Source: an uncultured Lachnospiraceae bacterium
Lineage (GTDB): Bacteria > Bacillota > Clostridia > Lachnospirales > Lachnospiraceae
Assembly (NCBI GenBank): GCA_951802115.1
Contig: CATOPL010000013.1
Location: 18,011-82,010, forward strand
DNA: 64,000 nucleotides
Reading direction: 5' to 3'
The translations under genes and the position numbers were made by a program. Under the pieces are notes generated by a model, which was given only the letters and a program-made list of their open reading frames with translations, was not told the DNA's origin and did no database searches. Numbering within the stretch: the first letter of the stretch is position 1; each line of letters opens with the position of its first letter. Of this stretch, positions 47,900 to 57,717 are shown piece by piece.

Positions 47900-48967
47900 T
47901 TATTCTATATTACGAAAATATTCTTCATTTTTCCTGAATTCTCTTCCATATGGTTTATATTTTCCCGCCATTTTATGACATTCATATGACTTTTTTCGAT
48001 TTCCCATGCGATCATAACACACACACATCTGAATGTACGGCACATACCCATAGCACTCTTCCTGTATAAATCCTCCCGTCTCTTTTTTCTGCGCATGAAG
48101 CGCCGCCTCATACCAGAAAACCGCCTGTTCCCATAACTTCCGGTCTGCAAAATGTTTTCCAATGTCACAGCACAGCTCCCCTCCGGGAACCCGATATCGA
48201 AGCGCCCGGTACAGGAAAGAAAGCGCCTCTTCGTCTTTTTCAAGCGCATACATGCAATATGCCATAAATCTGCATGCATCCACCTGATTTTCACAGTAAG
48301 CATCCGATTGCTGCAAAAAAAACAGGAAGCAGTCTGCTGCCTCCTTGTACCTTTTGTGATAATATAATTCCCGCGCATAATAGAACATGTCCCGTGTTCC
48401 GAAAACCTCCCCTGAAGCCTTCATTTTCTCATAAATTCTGAGATTCCGGTCCCCATAAGATGTCTTCCGGCTATGGTGCTCAATACAGATATCCAGTCGT
48501 TCTACTCTGCCGGATACGGCAACTGCTTCATGCACACGTCCTTCCCAGAAAAATCCTCTGTCTCTTTTCAGCAGGCGTTCCCGTTCATAGCAAAATGTTA
48601 TTTTTCCTGTTTCATCAAATCCGGAAGCATATTTCATCATTACAGCATCTATTGTACCGTCTGCCTCCGCTTTCCATGCGCAGAGTTTCTCTCTCTCCTT
48701 TTCCTTTATCACGTCATCCGCGTCCAGCCACATGCAGTAATCCATCCTCGCCTTTGAAAATGCTTTGTTGCGTGCCGCCGCAAAATCATCGACCCATTGA
48801 AAATCATAAATCCGGTCCGTATACTCTGCTGCAATCTCCTTTGTCCGGTCACTCGAACCTGTATCTACAATAATAATCTCATCCACTGCGTCCTTTACCG
48901 AATCCAGACATCTCCTTAGTATTGGTTCTTCATCTTTGACAATCATACATAAACTGATTGTGACCAT
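47900..48967 (-). CDS. Family 2 glycosyltransferase with TPR-like C-terminus
   Basis: [39 protein letters not shown]. Confidence 0.9.
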   Translation of the reverse strand: MVTISLCMIVKDEEPILRRCLDSVKDAVDEIIIVDTGSSDRTKEIAAEYTDRIYDFQWVDDFAAARNKAFSKARMDYCMWLDADDVIKEKEREKLCAWKAEADGTIDAVMMKYASGFDETGKITFCYERERLLKRDRGFFWEGRVHEAVAVSGRVERLDICIEHHSRKTSYGDRNLRIYEKMKASGEVFGTRDMFYYARELYYHKRYKEAADCFLFFLQQSDAYCENQVDACRFMAYCMYALEKDEEALSFLYRALRYRVPGGELCCDIGKHFADRKLWEQAVFWYEAALHAQKKETGGFIQEECYGYVPYIQMCVCYDRMGNRKKSYECHKMAGKYKPYGREFRKNEEYFRNIE

Positions 48968-49086
48968 ACCAAGATCCTTTTTTTATGTTTCTTTTATTTT
49001 ATGTCTGTCATCAGTTTCTGCCATTTCCTCTCATCGTTATACATCCGGTCTCAATAAAATTCATGAAAGCAGCTTTCGTATACCCC

Positions 49087-50169
49087 TCATCCTCTCCAGA
49101 CGATCGGATGATCTTTCACCAGTCTGCAGATTTTCATAATCTCATCCGGAATGCGGATTTTTTTCGGACATTGATCCATACAGGACATTTTTTCGCATTC
49201 CCGGCAGTGTTGTGCGCTTTTCTCAATGCTCATATCCAGCTTTCTAAGCGCCCAGTACTCTTTGCCAAGAAAATAATACTGATACTGCCGAAAGACTGTA
49301 TGAATCTCTGTCCCATACACACATCTGCACTTTTGGCAGCGGTCACAGGGAATCGGACTGTAATCCTTTTCCAGAACCGACAAGACCTCTTCAAAAGACG
49401 GGATCTCACCCTGATTCCGGACAGTATTCCATCTCATAGCCTGCTCTGCCTGCTCCTTCGTGCCAATCCCGACCAGCGCAGAGGATACCGGATAAGATAA
49501 AACCGTTCTCAGTAAAGTATCGACCGGAAAAAAAACCGGAAGTATCCCTGCCGCATAAACTTTATTGACCAGAAACCCTTTGCCTTTGAATAAAGGTTCT
49601 GAGCAAAACCTCTCCAGCATCCCCCGCTCCAGCAGATTTCCGCTCCCCTGCAGCACGTCTACGCGGGAATCCTTCGCCCCTCGCAAAAGTATATCATAAT
49701 AGTGAGACGCAATACCTGTAAAACGAATCCTGCCTTCCCTTTTCAATTCGGTAAGCGCATCCAGAGCGCCGCCTTTTTGAAATACTTCCTGCTCATGTTC
49801 TTCATCTATCTGATGAACAAAATAAATATCTGCACAGGTTCCAAGATTTTCACAGGATGTCTGTACTGCCTGATACATCTCGTTCCCGTCAAAAAATCTT
49901 GCTTTATCCGAGATGACAAGTTGTTCTCTTCCAATATAAGCCGCAAATTTTCCAAGTTTCCGCTCTGCATCTCCATACTCCGGAACGATCGCCGTGTCAT
50001 ACAGATTACATCCCAGCCGGAATGCACACTCCATGACCTCCAGCGCTTCTTCAACATTCAGATTAAAATAATCCGGCAGAACCGGGACATTTCCCTGCAG
50101 AACCGGTATCGTTCCAAATCCGATTTCTGACACAGTCAGTCCGCTATCTCCCAGCTTCCGGTATCTCAT
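49087..50169 (-). CDS. Aldo/keto reductase with C-terminal 4Fe-4S-type motif
   Basis: VSEIGFGT, YDTA..YG, FTGIASH; CDRCQKCRC and CRECEKMSCMDQCP. Confidence 0.85.
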   Translation of the reverse strand: MRYRKLGDSGLTVSEIGFGTIPVLQGNVPVLPDYFNLNVEEALEVMECAFRLGCNLYDTAIVPEYGDAERKLGKFAAYIGREQLVISDKARFFDGNEMYQAVQTSCENLGTCADIYFVHQIDEEHEQEVFQKGGALDALTELKREGRIRFTGIASHYYDILLRGAKDSRVDVLQGSGNLLERGMLERFCSEPLFKGKGFLVNKVYAAGILPVFFPVDTLLRTVLSYPVSSALVGIGTKEQAEQAMRWNTVRNQGEIPSFEEVLSVLEKDYSPIPCDRCQKCRCVYGTEIHTVFRQYQYYFLGKEYWALRKLDMSIEKSAQHCRECEKMSCMDQCPKKIRIPDEIMKICRLVKDHPIVWRG

Positions 50170-53100
50170 TCTTTTTCTCCTGGCAACACTACACTCCCCC
50201 GAAACGCAGACTCACAGACCACTGTACCCTCCGGAATGAAAACGTCCCGAAGCTCCCTGCAGAACGCAAAAGCCTCCTTTCCAATCCTTTTCAGGGAGGA
50301 CGGGAGCTTTACCTGTCTCAGACTGTGACAGCGGTAAAAAGCTTTTTCAGGAATCTCTTCCAGTCCTTCCGGAAGCAGAATCTCTTCTAATGATGTACAG
50401 TTTTCAAAAGCTTTGTCTCCCATCTGACGAAACGCTTCAGACAATTCCACTCTTCTCAGCCTGCCGCAACCGGAAAATGCCTGTATTCCCACTTGTTCTA
50501 TATGCTGTGCTCCACAGACCTCCTGCAGCCACTTGCAGCCGGCAAAAGCACGTTTTCTGATCTGCGTCACAGAATCCGGAAGCAAAATCCACGTCAGCAG
50601 ATTTCCATCCTCAAATGCCCCGTCACCGACAGCGGTAATCCCCTGCGCAATCTTCAGTCTGGAAAGATTACCAGTACATTCCACAAGCACTCCTTTTTCA
50701 TCTGTTTTAAAACAGTTCATACTGTCTAACGCCGCCTGCCTGGCCAGCACAGGCAATTCTCTTTCTCTGTCGGCAATTCCTGTAAATCTCACATGACTGC
50801 CGTCCGCAAAAATCATCTCCTGAAGGTTAATGCAATTTCGAAACGCATACTCTTCCACCCGCATCTGATCAGACAGAAAATGAATCTTCCTGATCCCGGT
50901 TCCTCCTGCAAATGCCCAACCGCAGATCAGGCGGATGTCCTCTGACACTTTCACTTCTCCCACACATCCGGAGCCATCCAGCAGCATATGCTTTACCACT
51001 ACTACAGGATTTTTCTCCCGCTGCCGGAAAAGCCATGTTGTTCCATGAAACGCTCTGGCGCCGATATACTCTACACTGTCCGGAACCTCCACATCTGTCA
51101 GCGTCAGTCTGTCACGAAAAACTTCCGCACCGATATACCGAATTCCTTCCGGTATCTTTACACTTCTGCCCGCTCCCCGGTAACCGTACAATTCTTCTTC
51201 TTTCCTCACTTCAAAACAACTAAACGCACTGTAAAACAAAAGTCTTACCATCTCCGGAAGCCGTTCGCCGCGCAGATCCGCATAATTATGAATTTCCCAC
51301 TCCTCGCCCCGCCAGACAACCGTCTCAAGCGCCGTGCAGCCGGAAAGCGCATATTCCGACAAATGCAGAATTCCTTTTTCACCTCCGAGAACGATCTTTT
51401 TCATCCCTCCGCAGTCTTCCAGCGCATGCTCCCGCAGACAGACTTCGTCCATAAATTCGATACATTCAAGACTGTCACACCACGCAAACGCGTAAGGATG
51501 TACAGCCCTGATCTTTGCGGTTGAAATCTTTTGCAGGACCCCACAGCCGCCAAAACAGTGTGCAAGAACCTCCTGCACCTGTTCACATCGGCATTGTTCC
51601 AGTTTGCCGCATCCCTCAAACAGCCGCTCTCCCAGTATCGTCAGCGCCGGCAGAACTGCCGCGGTTAATGAACCGCACCACGCAAATGCAGCAGTTCCTA
51701 CCTGCAGAGCCGATGTCTCGACTTTCTGAAGCGCAGTACATTTTTCAAAAGCACGTCCGCCGATTCTGTGCAGACTTTCCGGAAATATCACTTCCTGAAT
51801 TCCGCTGCATCCAAAAAATGCTCCCTCCTCGATCCACTGAAGTCCCCCGGGCAGCACCACTTTGGTAATCTCCCTGTTTCCTGCAAACGCATATGCCGCT
51901 ATACCTGTTACACCCTCCGGCAGGCAAATCTCCCCTTTGCAGCTTCCGCCGGACAAAAGGATACCGCCCAAAACAATTACTTCACCCTCTACGCCCTCCA
52001 GGTATTTTGTATCCTCAAATGCACGTTCGCCAATTCCGGACCCGCCGTTTATAATGCCTTTTTCCAGTGTCAGACAGCCTGCAAAAGCTTCTTTTCCAAT
52101 TCTTTTCACATGATCAAGCCTGACTTTCTGAATCTTTTTACACTGATAAAACGCCCGCTCTCCTATGGAACGCCACAATGGAAGTTCCGTGTTAGATATG
52201 ATATCGGACTCTGACAGCGCAATCTGTTCCAGTTCCCGGCAGCCTGAAAATACTTCATCCTGCAAATCCTGTACGGCGGATGAAATCCACATCTGTCTCA
52301 GATTTTTACAGCCTTTAAAAGCTGCCGGCCCAATCCACTGAACATGCTCTGTCAGGTATATTTCCGTCACTTTTTCATTTCCGTAGAATGCTCCCCCTGC
52401 AAGTATCCGTACCTGTTCAGGTATCTGTACTTTACCTTCCAGATTCCGTCCATCCCAGAAAACAGGTTCTGATATGGCTGCGTGCCGCCTCTCTGTCTGC
52501 TGTTCGATCCAATGTTCCAGAAACGGAGTTCTCTCCCATGAATGTCTTCCCGCCGATTCAAGCGTTCCCGGTATCCTCACCTGCTCCAGCGCCGTACAGC
52601 CATAGGCGAGTTTATCTGGAATATGCCGTACTCCTTCCTCAAGCACCAGTATTTTCAGCTTTGTACATCCTCCAAATACATCCGCGCCAAAATGTATACC
52701 GCTGCTGCCGATTCTGACCTTTCTGACGCCGCTTCTGGCAAATGCCAGCTTGTTTACATATTCTGCAGCAGGAAAAAGTTTTACTTCTTTCAGTCCGCTG
52801 CACTGATAGAACGCCATGCTTCCTATCGAAGTAAGGCTCTCCGGAAATGAAATCTTTGCAAGCGCTTCACATCCATAAAAGGCGCTGTCTCCGATCTCAC
52901 TAATATTTGCAGAAATATCCGCTTCCCTCAGCGCCAGACAATGCCGGAACGTCCGTTCTCTGATCTTCCTGATACCCAAAGGCATATGCACCCGAATCAG
53001 TTTCACACAATGTTCAAAAGCCCCGGGTCCAATTCTGCAGAGCCTTTCCGGAAACTGAACCGTCTGCAGCAGCAGGCAGTCTTTAAAAGCTTCCGCTCCG

Positions 53101-54206
53101 ATCTCCTGCAGACTTTCCGGCAGAATGACTCTGTCAATCGCCTCATTGCCGGCAAACGCCTCCTCAGCAATCTTTGTGACTCCCTCCGGAATCACCACAC
53201 GGGATTCTGAGCCGAGATATTTCAGTAAAATACTGCCGCTGAGCCGAAAATTCCCCATCACCTGCCAGTGGATGTTTTGGACTATCTGCGGAATCTCAGT
53301 TCCTGTTATAGCCAGAAGTCCCTGAAACACATATTCTGTCCCGTCACAGGTTCTGACTGTTTTCAGGGAAGTACAATTATGAAACGCATCTTCATGAATC
53401 AGGGGTTCTGCACCTTCAAAACTGATTTTTTCCAGACTGATGCAGTTGCGAAAGGCCCGACTGCCAATCTCTTTTAAAGATTTTGGCAGTTTCACGGAAA
53501 TAATGCCGCGTTTGTCAAAAAAGCAGCTTTTTCCAAGTTTTTCAATTCCCTCCGGAATTTCCACATGCTTCAAGTTGGTCAAAAACCGTACCAGTGTTTT
53601 TCCATCCAGCTCCATCATCCGCAAAATATCAACGGCGATCAGATAAACAGATGAAGGTACCAGAAGCGCTCCTGTTACCACTTCAACCACATTGGAGATC
53701 ACACAGCTTTCACCGTTTTCAAATGTAATTCTGCGGATTCTCTCACAGCCAGTAAACACATCACAGATACAGTCTTCCTGCAGTTCACTTGATATTTCCA
53801 GATTCTCCAGCAGCACATCATTGACAAATACCTGCTTGCCAAGTCTTTTTACTCCCGGCATACAGACCCTGGTAAGATTGTCGCAGTAAAGAAATGTACA
53901 GTCCTTCAGTTCCTTCACAGACAGCGGCAGCACTGCCTGCCTCAGAGCATGACACCGATGAAACGCATAGCTGCCGATATAAGATACGCTGTCCGGTATT
54001 ACTACTTCTTCCAGTTTCCTGCATCCTTTAAAGGCATTGTCCCCGATCGCCCAGAGCCCGGCTGGAAGCACGGCCCGCTTCAAAGAGACGCACGCCTTAA
54101 ATGCACCCTCTCCTATTGTATGAACCCCTTGGGGAACTACCGCAGTCTCTTCTCTTCCTGTGTAGGATATCAGCACCCCTTTTTCTATATGAAAAAAATC
54201 TTTCAT
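50166..54206 (-). CDS. Large BspA-type leucine-rich repeat protein
   Basis: Many IG..AF..C..L..V.LP repeats (LRR_5); no signal peptide or anchor visible; ATGA overlap with the AKR gene. Confidence 0.88.
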   Translation of the reverse strand: MKDFFHIEKGVLISYTGREETAVVPQGVHTIGEGAFKACVSLKRAVLPAGLWAIGDNAFKGCRKLEEVVIPDSVSYIGSYAFHRCHALRQAVLPLSVKELKDCTFLYCDNLTRVCMPGVKRLGKQVFVNDVLLENLEISSELQEDCICDVFTGCERIRRITFENGESCVISNVVEVVTGALLVPSSVYLIAVDILRMMELDGKTLVRFLTNLKHVEIPEGIEKLGKSCFFDKRGIISVKLPKSLKEIGSRAFRNCISLEKISFEGAEPLIHEDAFHNCTSLKTVRTCDGTEYVFQGLLAITGTEIPQIVQNIHWQVMGNFRLSGSILLKYLGSESRVVIPEGVTKIAEEAFAGNEAIDRVILPESLQEIGAEAFKDCLLLQTVQFPERLCRIGPGAFEHCVKLIRVHMPLGIRKIRERTFRHCLALREADISANISEIGDSAFYGCEALAKISFPESLTSIGSMAFYQCSGLKEVKLFPAAEYVNKLAFARSGVRKVRIGSSGIHFGADVFGGCTKLKILVLEEGVRHIPDKLAYGCTALEQVRIPGTLESAGRHSWERTPFLEHWIEQQTERRHAAISEPVFWDGRNLEGKVQIPEQVRILAGGAFYGNEKVTEIYLTEHVQWIGPAAFKGCKNLRQMWISSAVQDLQDEVFSGCRELEQIALSESDIISNTELPLWRSIGERAFYQCKKIQKVRLDHVKRIGKEAFAGCLTLEKGIINGGSGIGERAFEDTKYLEGVEGEVIVLGGILLSGGSCKGEICLPEGVTGIAAYAFAGNREITKVVLPGGLQWIEEGAFFGCSGIQEVIFPESLHRIGGRAFEKCTALQKVETSALQVGTAAFAWCGSLTAAVLPALTILGERLFEGCGKLEQCRCEQVQEVLAHCFGGCGVLQKISTAKIRAVHPYAFAWCDSLECIEFMDEVCLREHALEDCGGMKKIVLGGEKGILHLSEYALSGCTALETVVWRGEEWEIHNYADLRGERLPEMVRLLFYSAFSCFEVRKEEELYGYRGAGRSVKIPEGIRYIGAEVFRDRLTLTDVEVPDSVEYIGARAFHGTTWLFRQREKNPVVVVKHMLLDGSGCVGEVKVSEDIRLICGWAFAGGTGIRKIHFLSDQMRVEEYAFRNCINLQEMIFADGSHVRFTGIADRERELPVLARQAALDSMNCFKTDEKGVLVECTGNLSRLKIAQGITAVGDGAFEDGNLLTWILLPDSVTQIRKRAFAGCKWLQEVCGAQHIEQVGIQAFSGCGRLRRVELSEAFRQMGDKAFENCTSLEEILLPEGLEEIPEKAFYRCHSLRQVKLPSSLKRIGKEAFAFCRELRDVFIPEGTVVCESAFRGSVVLPGEKE

Positions 54207-54303
54207 CTTCTGGCTGTCCCGTCCTTTCCCCTAAAACGTGCCGAACAATCGCAGAGCAAAAACCGTAGTAAGCCATGCAATCAGAACTTTGCTGCCATAA
54301 ATT

Positions 54304-55260
54304 TTATACATCCGCTCCGGACGGAAAGATCAGAGCAAGCACTTCCTGAAGCTCTTCAAGGCTCCCGCTTCTGTACAGACGCTCCTTGTAGCGCTTGGTG
54401 CCTCTGCGTTTTTTCATCATATAGGCCGCAAGTTTCCGCATATACATAAGCGTATAAGTTTCGTCATAGCATCTGCCGGTCAGTCGGAGCTGCTCCGTCA
54501 GAATCTGGGCAGCCGTTTTCACGCACGTTTTTCCCGTCAGTTCACTGAAAATAAACGGATTCTCCAGCCCATACCGGGCTATCATCACTCCGTCGGCACC
54601 GGTCCGTTCCATCATCTGCTTTGCGTCCTCTGCAGAAAAAATCCCTCCGTTTGCAATCACCGGTATGGAAACCGCCGCTTTTGCCTGTTCAATCTCCTGA
54701 TCATACGGTTTTCCGTCATACATCATGCTTCTGCTACGCCCGTGAATCGTGATTAAATCCGCCCCGGATGCTTCGCACATACGGGCAAATTCCGCTGCAA
54801 ACATTTTGTCCTCCTGAATACCCGTACGACATTTTACTGTCACAATTTTTCCGCTTTTTTTACAGCCCCGGATGATGGCAGAAGCCCGTCTGAAATCCAG
54901 CATCAAAGCACTCCCCTCACCGCTTTTAAACACATTCGGCACCGGACAGCCCATATTGATGTCAATGATATCAAAATCCTGCAAAAGCCTGCTGCATGCC
55001 ATCTGCTCCATCACCGCCGGAATTCCGCCAAGAAGCTGAACCGCTTTTATTTTTTCTTTCTCCGTGGTATAAAGCAGTCGCCTTGTTGCCCGGTCCTTGT
55101 ACTTCAGAGCATTGGCACTCACCATCTCTGTAAAACAAAGACCCGCTCCCAGCTCATATGCCAGCATCCGAAACGGATAACAGGTATACCCCGCCAGCGG
55201 CGCCATAAAAATATTAGAGGGCAAAAGCAAGCTGCCCAGACGAATCTTTCTAATCTCCAC
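54304..55260 (-). CDS. dusB: tRNA-dihydrouridine synthase
   Basis: MAPLAGYT, TEMVS, DINMGCPV, TIHGRSR, IANGGI, GVMIARY; GTG start. Confidence 0.9.
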   Translation of the reverse strand: MEIRKIRLGSLLLPSNIFMAPLAGYTCYPFRMLAYELGAGLCFTEMVSANALKYKDRATRRLLYTTEKEKIKAVQLLGGIPAVMEQMACSRLLQDFDIIDINMGCPVPNVFKSGEGSALMLDFRRASAIIRGCKKSGKIVTVKCRTGIQEDKMFAAEFARMCEASGADLITIHGRSRSMMYDGKPYDQEIEQAKAAVSIPVIANGGIFSAEDAKQMMERTGADGVMIARYGLENPFIFSELTGKTCVKTAAQILTEQLRLTGRCYDETYTLMYMRKLAAYMMKKRRGTKRYKERLYRSGSLEELQEVLALIFPSGADV

Positions 55261-55355
55261 TGCATCTCACTCCTGCCCTCTATGAATCTGATCACAAAGT
55301 AATCAAAACATTTGTTCTATTCCATTTCAAAAAAACCTTGATTTCCATATAAAAA

Positions 55356-55430
55356 TCGGGGTAACAGGATTCGAACCTGCGACCTCACGGCCCCCAGCCG
55401 TGCGCTCTAGCCAAACTGAGCCATACCCCG
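55356..55430 (-). tRNA. tRNA-Pro (anticodon GGG), CCA not encoded
   Basis: CGGGGTATGGCTCAGTTTGGCTAGAGCGCACGGCTGGGGGCCGTGAGGTCGCAGGTTCGAATCCTGTTACCCCGA; cloverleaf with CACGG/CCGTG anticodon stem and TTCGAAT loop. Confidence 0.97.
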
Positions 55431-55442
55431 ATAACGCTGACT

Positions 55443-55471
55443 ATTATACCTTATTTCTCCAAAAAATGCAA
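55443..55471 (-). promoter_or_regulatory. Sigma-A promoter of tRNA-Pro
   Basis: TTGCAT-N17-TATAAT, 12 nt upstream of the tRNA. Confidence 0.75.
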
Positions 55472-55501
55472 TAGAAAATACAAAACTTTTTATATATCAA
55501 A

Positions 55502-55585
55502 ATTGAACTTCAACAAAATTCTTTATTGAACTTTTTCTCCCTTTATGATATACTGGATTGAACTTCAGTAAATAAAATTGAACTT
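55502..55585 (+). promoter_or_regulatory. Sigma-A promoter overlaid with four ATTGAACTT direct repeats (candidate operator)
   Basis: ATTGAACTT at 55502, 55525, 55557, 55577; TTGAAC(55526)-N17-TATACT(55549) with extended TG. Confidence 0.65.
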
Positions 55586-55603
55586 TTTTCACAGGAGAAT
55601 ACC

Positions 55604-57130
55604 ATGCCAAATGAAACTTTTGCAGACAGACTGCGGGATTCCATGGAACGACAGAATATCAAACAAGTTGATCTGATCCGCATCGCTGCCGAACAGGACA
55701 TTAAACTCGGCAAAAGCCATATGAGCCAGTATGTAAGTGGAAAAACCATTCCACGTCCGGAAATGATCCGCTTTCTGGCAGAAGCCCTGCAGGTAGAGGA
55801 GTCATGGCTAAGCGGTAATAGTGTCGCAACCACCGACTCTAGTCCGCAGCCGGAAAAGCCGTCACAGGAGCACAATGAACTTAAAAAAATCAGTGTATCA
55901 GGAGGAAACACCATGCGGGAATTTAGAAAATCATCAAAACTGGATAATGTATTATATGATGTCAGAGGGCCGGTCGTTGAAGAAGCAAGCCGGATGGAGG
56001 AAGCAGGTACGCATGTTCTGAAACTGAACATCGGCAATCCGGCTCCTTTTGGTTTTCGTACACCGGACGAAGTCATCTATGACATGCGCCAGCAGCTGAC
56101 GGAATGCGAAGGATATTCGGACGCCAAAGGACTGTTTTCTGCCAGAAAAGCTGTCATGCAGTATGCGCAGCTGAAAGACATACCCAACGTCTCGATCGGC
56201 GATGTCTACACCGGAAACGGCGTCAGTGAACTGATCAACATCTGTATGTCCGCTCTGCTCGACGATGGAGACGAGATCCTGATCCCTGCTCCTGATTATC
56301 CTCTCTGGACTGCCTGTGCGACTTTATCCGGCGGAAAAGCGGTCCACTATATCTGCGATGAGCAGTCTGAATGGTACCCTGATCTGGACGACATCCGCAA
56401 AAAAGTCAATGATCGTACGAAAGCCATCGTCATCATCAATCCAAACAATCCCACAGGCGCACTGTACCCCAGAGAGATTCTGCAGCAGATTGTTGATATC
56501 GCAAGAGAACATCATCTGATTATCTTTTCTGATGAAATCTATGACAGACTGGTGATGGACGGGGAAGAACATGTTTCCATCGCCTCCCTGGCACCGGATC
56601 TGTTCTGCGTTACGTTCAGCGGACTTTCCAAGTCCCATATGATTGCCGGATTCCGTATCGGATGGATGATTTTAAGCGGAAACAAGGATATGGCAAGTGA
56701 CTATATCGAAGGGATCAACATGCTTTCGAATATGCGTCTCTGTTCCAATGTGCCGGCCCAGTCCATCGTCCAGACTGCCCTCGGCGGACACCAGAGTGTA
56801 AAAGATTATATTATCCCCGGCGGCAGAATCTATGAACAGCGGGAATATATTTACAAGGCGCTGACGGATATACCTGGAATCAGCGTTGTAAAACCTAAAG
56901 CTGCTTTTTACATCTTCCCCAAACTGGACGTGAAAAAGTTCAACATCCTGGATGATGAAAAATTTGCACTGGATCTTCTGAAAGACAAGAAGCTTCTGAT
57001 CGTTCATGGAAGCGGCTTTAACTGGAAGGATCCGGATCATTTTCGTATCGTATACCTGCCCCGTGTGGAAGTCCTGGAAACGGCAATGGAAAAACTTTCT
57101 GCTTTCCTTGGCAGATATCATCAGTCCTGA
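55604..57130 (+). CDS. XRE-type HTH domain fused to an AlaA-type PLP-dependent aminotransferase
   Basis: N-terminus FADRLRDSMERQNIKQVDL...SQYVSGKTIP...LAEALQV; then MREFRKSSKLDNVLYDVRGP, LNIGNP, SDEIYDRL, SGLSKSHMIAGFRIGW. Confidence 0.88.
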   Translation: MPNETFADRLRDSMERQNIKQVDLIRIAAEQDIKLGKSHMSQYVSGKTIPRPEMIRFLAEALQVEESWLSGNSVATTDSSPQPEKPSQEHNELKKISVSGGNTMREFRKSSKLDNVLYDVRGPVVEEASRMEEAGTHVLKLNIGNPAPFGFRTPDEVIYDMRQQLTECEGYSDAKGLFSARKAVMQYAQLKDIPNVSIGDVYTGNGVSELINICMSALLDDGDEILIPAPDYPLWTACATLSGGKAVHYICDEQSEWYPDLDDIRKKVNDRTKAIVIINPNNPTGALYPREILQQIVDIAREHHLIIFSDEIYDRLVMDGEEHVSIASLAPDLFCVTFSGLSKSHMIAGFRIGWMILSGNKDMASDYIEGINMLSNMRLCSNVPAQSIVQTALGGHQSVKDYIIPGGRIYEQREYIYKALTDIPGISVVKPKAAFYIFPKLDVKKFNILDDEKFALDLLKDKKLLIVHGSGFNWKDPDHFRIVYLPRVEVLETAMEKLSAFLGRYHQS

Positions 57131-57218
57131 CCGTTTATAACTTTTCGGGTCAAAAGACTGCCGCAAAATACGCTCCTGTCTGTTTACTCATCTCCTGAAT
57201 GAGACGAAGCGGACAAAG

Positions 57219-57526
57219 TCATATCCTGCGACAGTCTTTTGATTCCTGCAACGTCGCTCTGATCTTCAGACAGGTGCAGTTAAGCTGTCCGTCCTCAAAA
57301 GGCCCCAGGCCGCCGTCAATTCCGATCTTATCATTTGCTCTCCAGAGCGTTCCCTGCGGACACTCTCAGTCGTATCTTATCAGAAAATCTGCATCATCAG
57401 TTCATGATTTCCTTTCAGAAGATACATATTATGCGGATATCGACGAATCAGATCATAGATCTCCATCGCCTTTTCCCCGCGGTCATTACAGTCTCTCAGA
57501 AGATACAGGGTATCGCTGTCATCAAA
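57219..57526 (-). pseudogene. Degraded PPP-type (Ser/Thr) metallophosphatase
   Basis: FDDSDTLYLLRDCNDRG...LLKGNHELMMQIF* (57380-57526) and DKIGIDGGLG...GQLNCTCL (57219-57332): GDxxDRG, GNHE and C-terminal GIDxG motifs with a G-to-R change, a stop and a large internal loss. Confidence 0.6.
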
Positions 57527-57629
57527 ATAAATTTTAGTATAACATCGACTTTTCCGTCAAGTCACGACAGAAAACACCATGAAAAAGTGTGTCTGAAAAG
57601 TCTGGAAAGCAGCACATTAAAGCCCCTCG

Positions 57630-57658
57630 TTGACAAATCCGGTCTGTGATTGTAGGAT
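57630..57658 (+). promoter_or_regulatory. Candidate sigma-A promoter for the MATE gene
   Basis: TTGACA-N17-TAGGAT. Confidence 0.55.
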
Positions 57659-57717
57659 AGATATATTGAACTTTTCAGACAAACGGACTCGAATAATTTT
57701 TAAGGAGATGAAATATC

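Noticed and set aside
55356-55430. tRNA-Pro as an island integration site
   Set aside because: No duplicated tRNA 3' end and no tyrosine integrase nearby.
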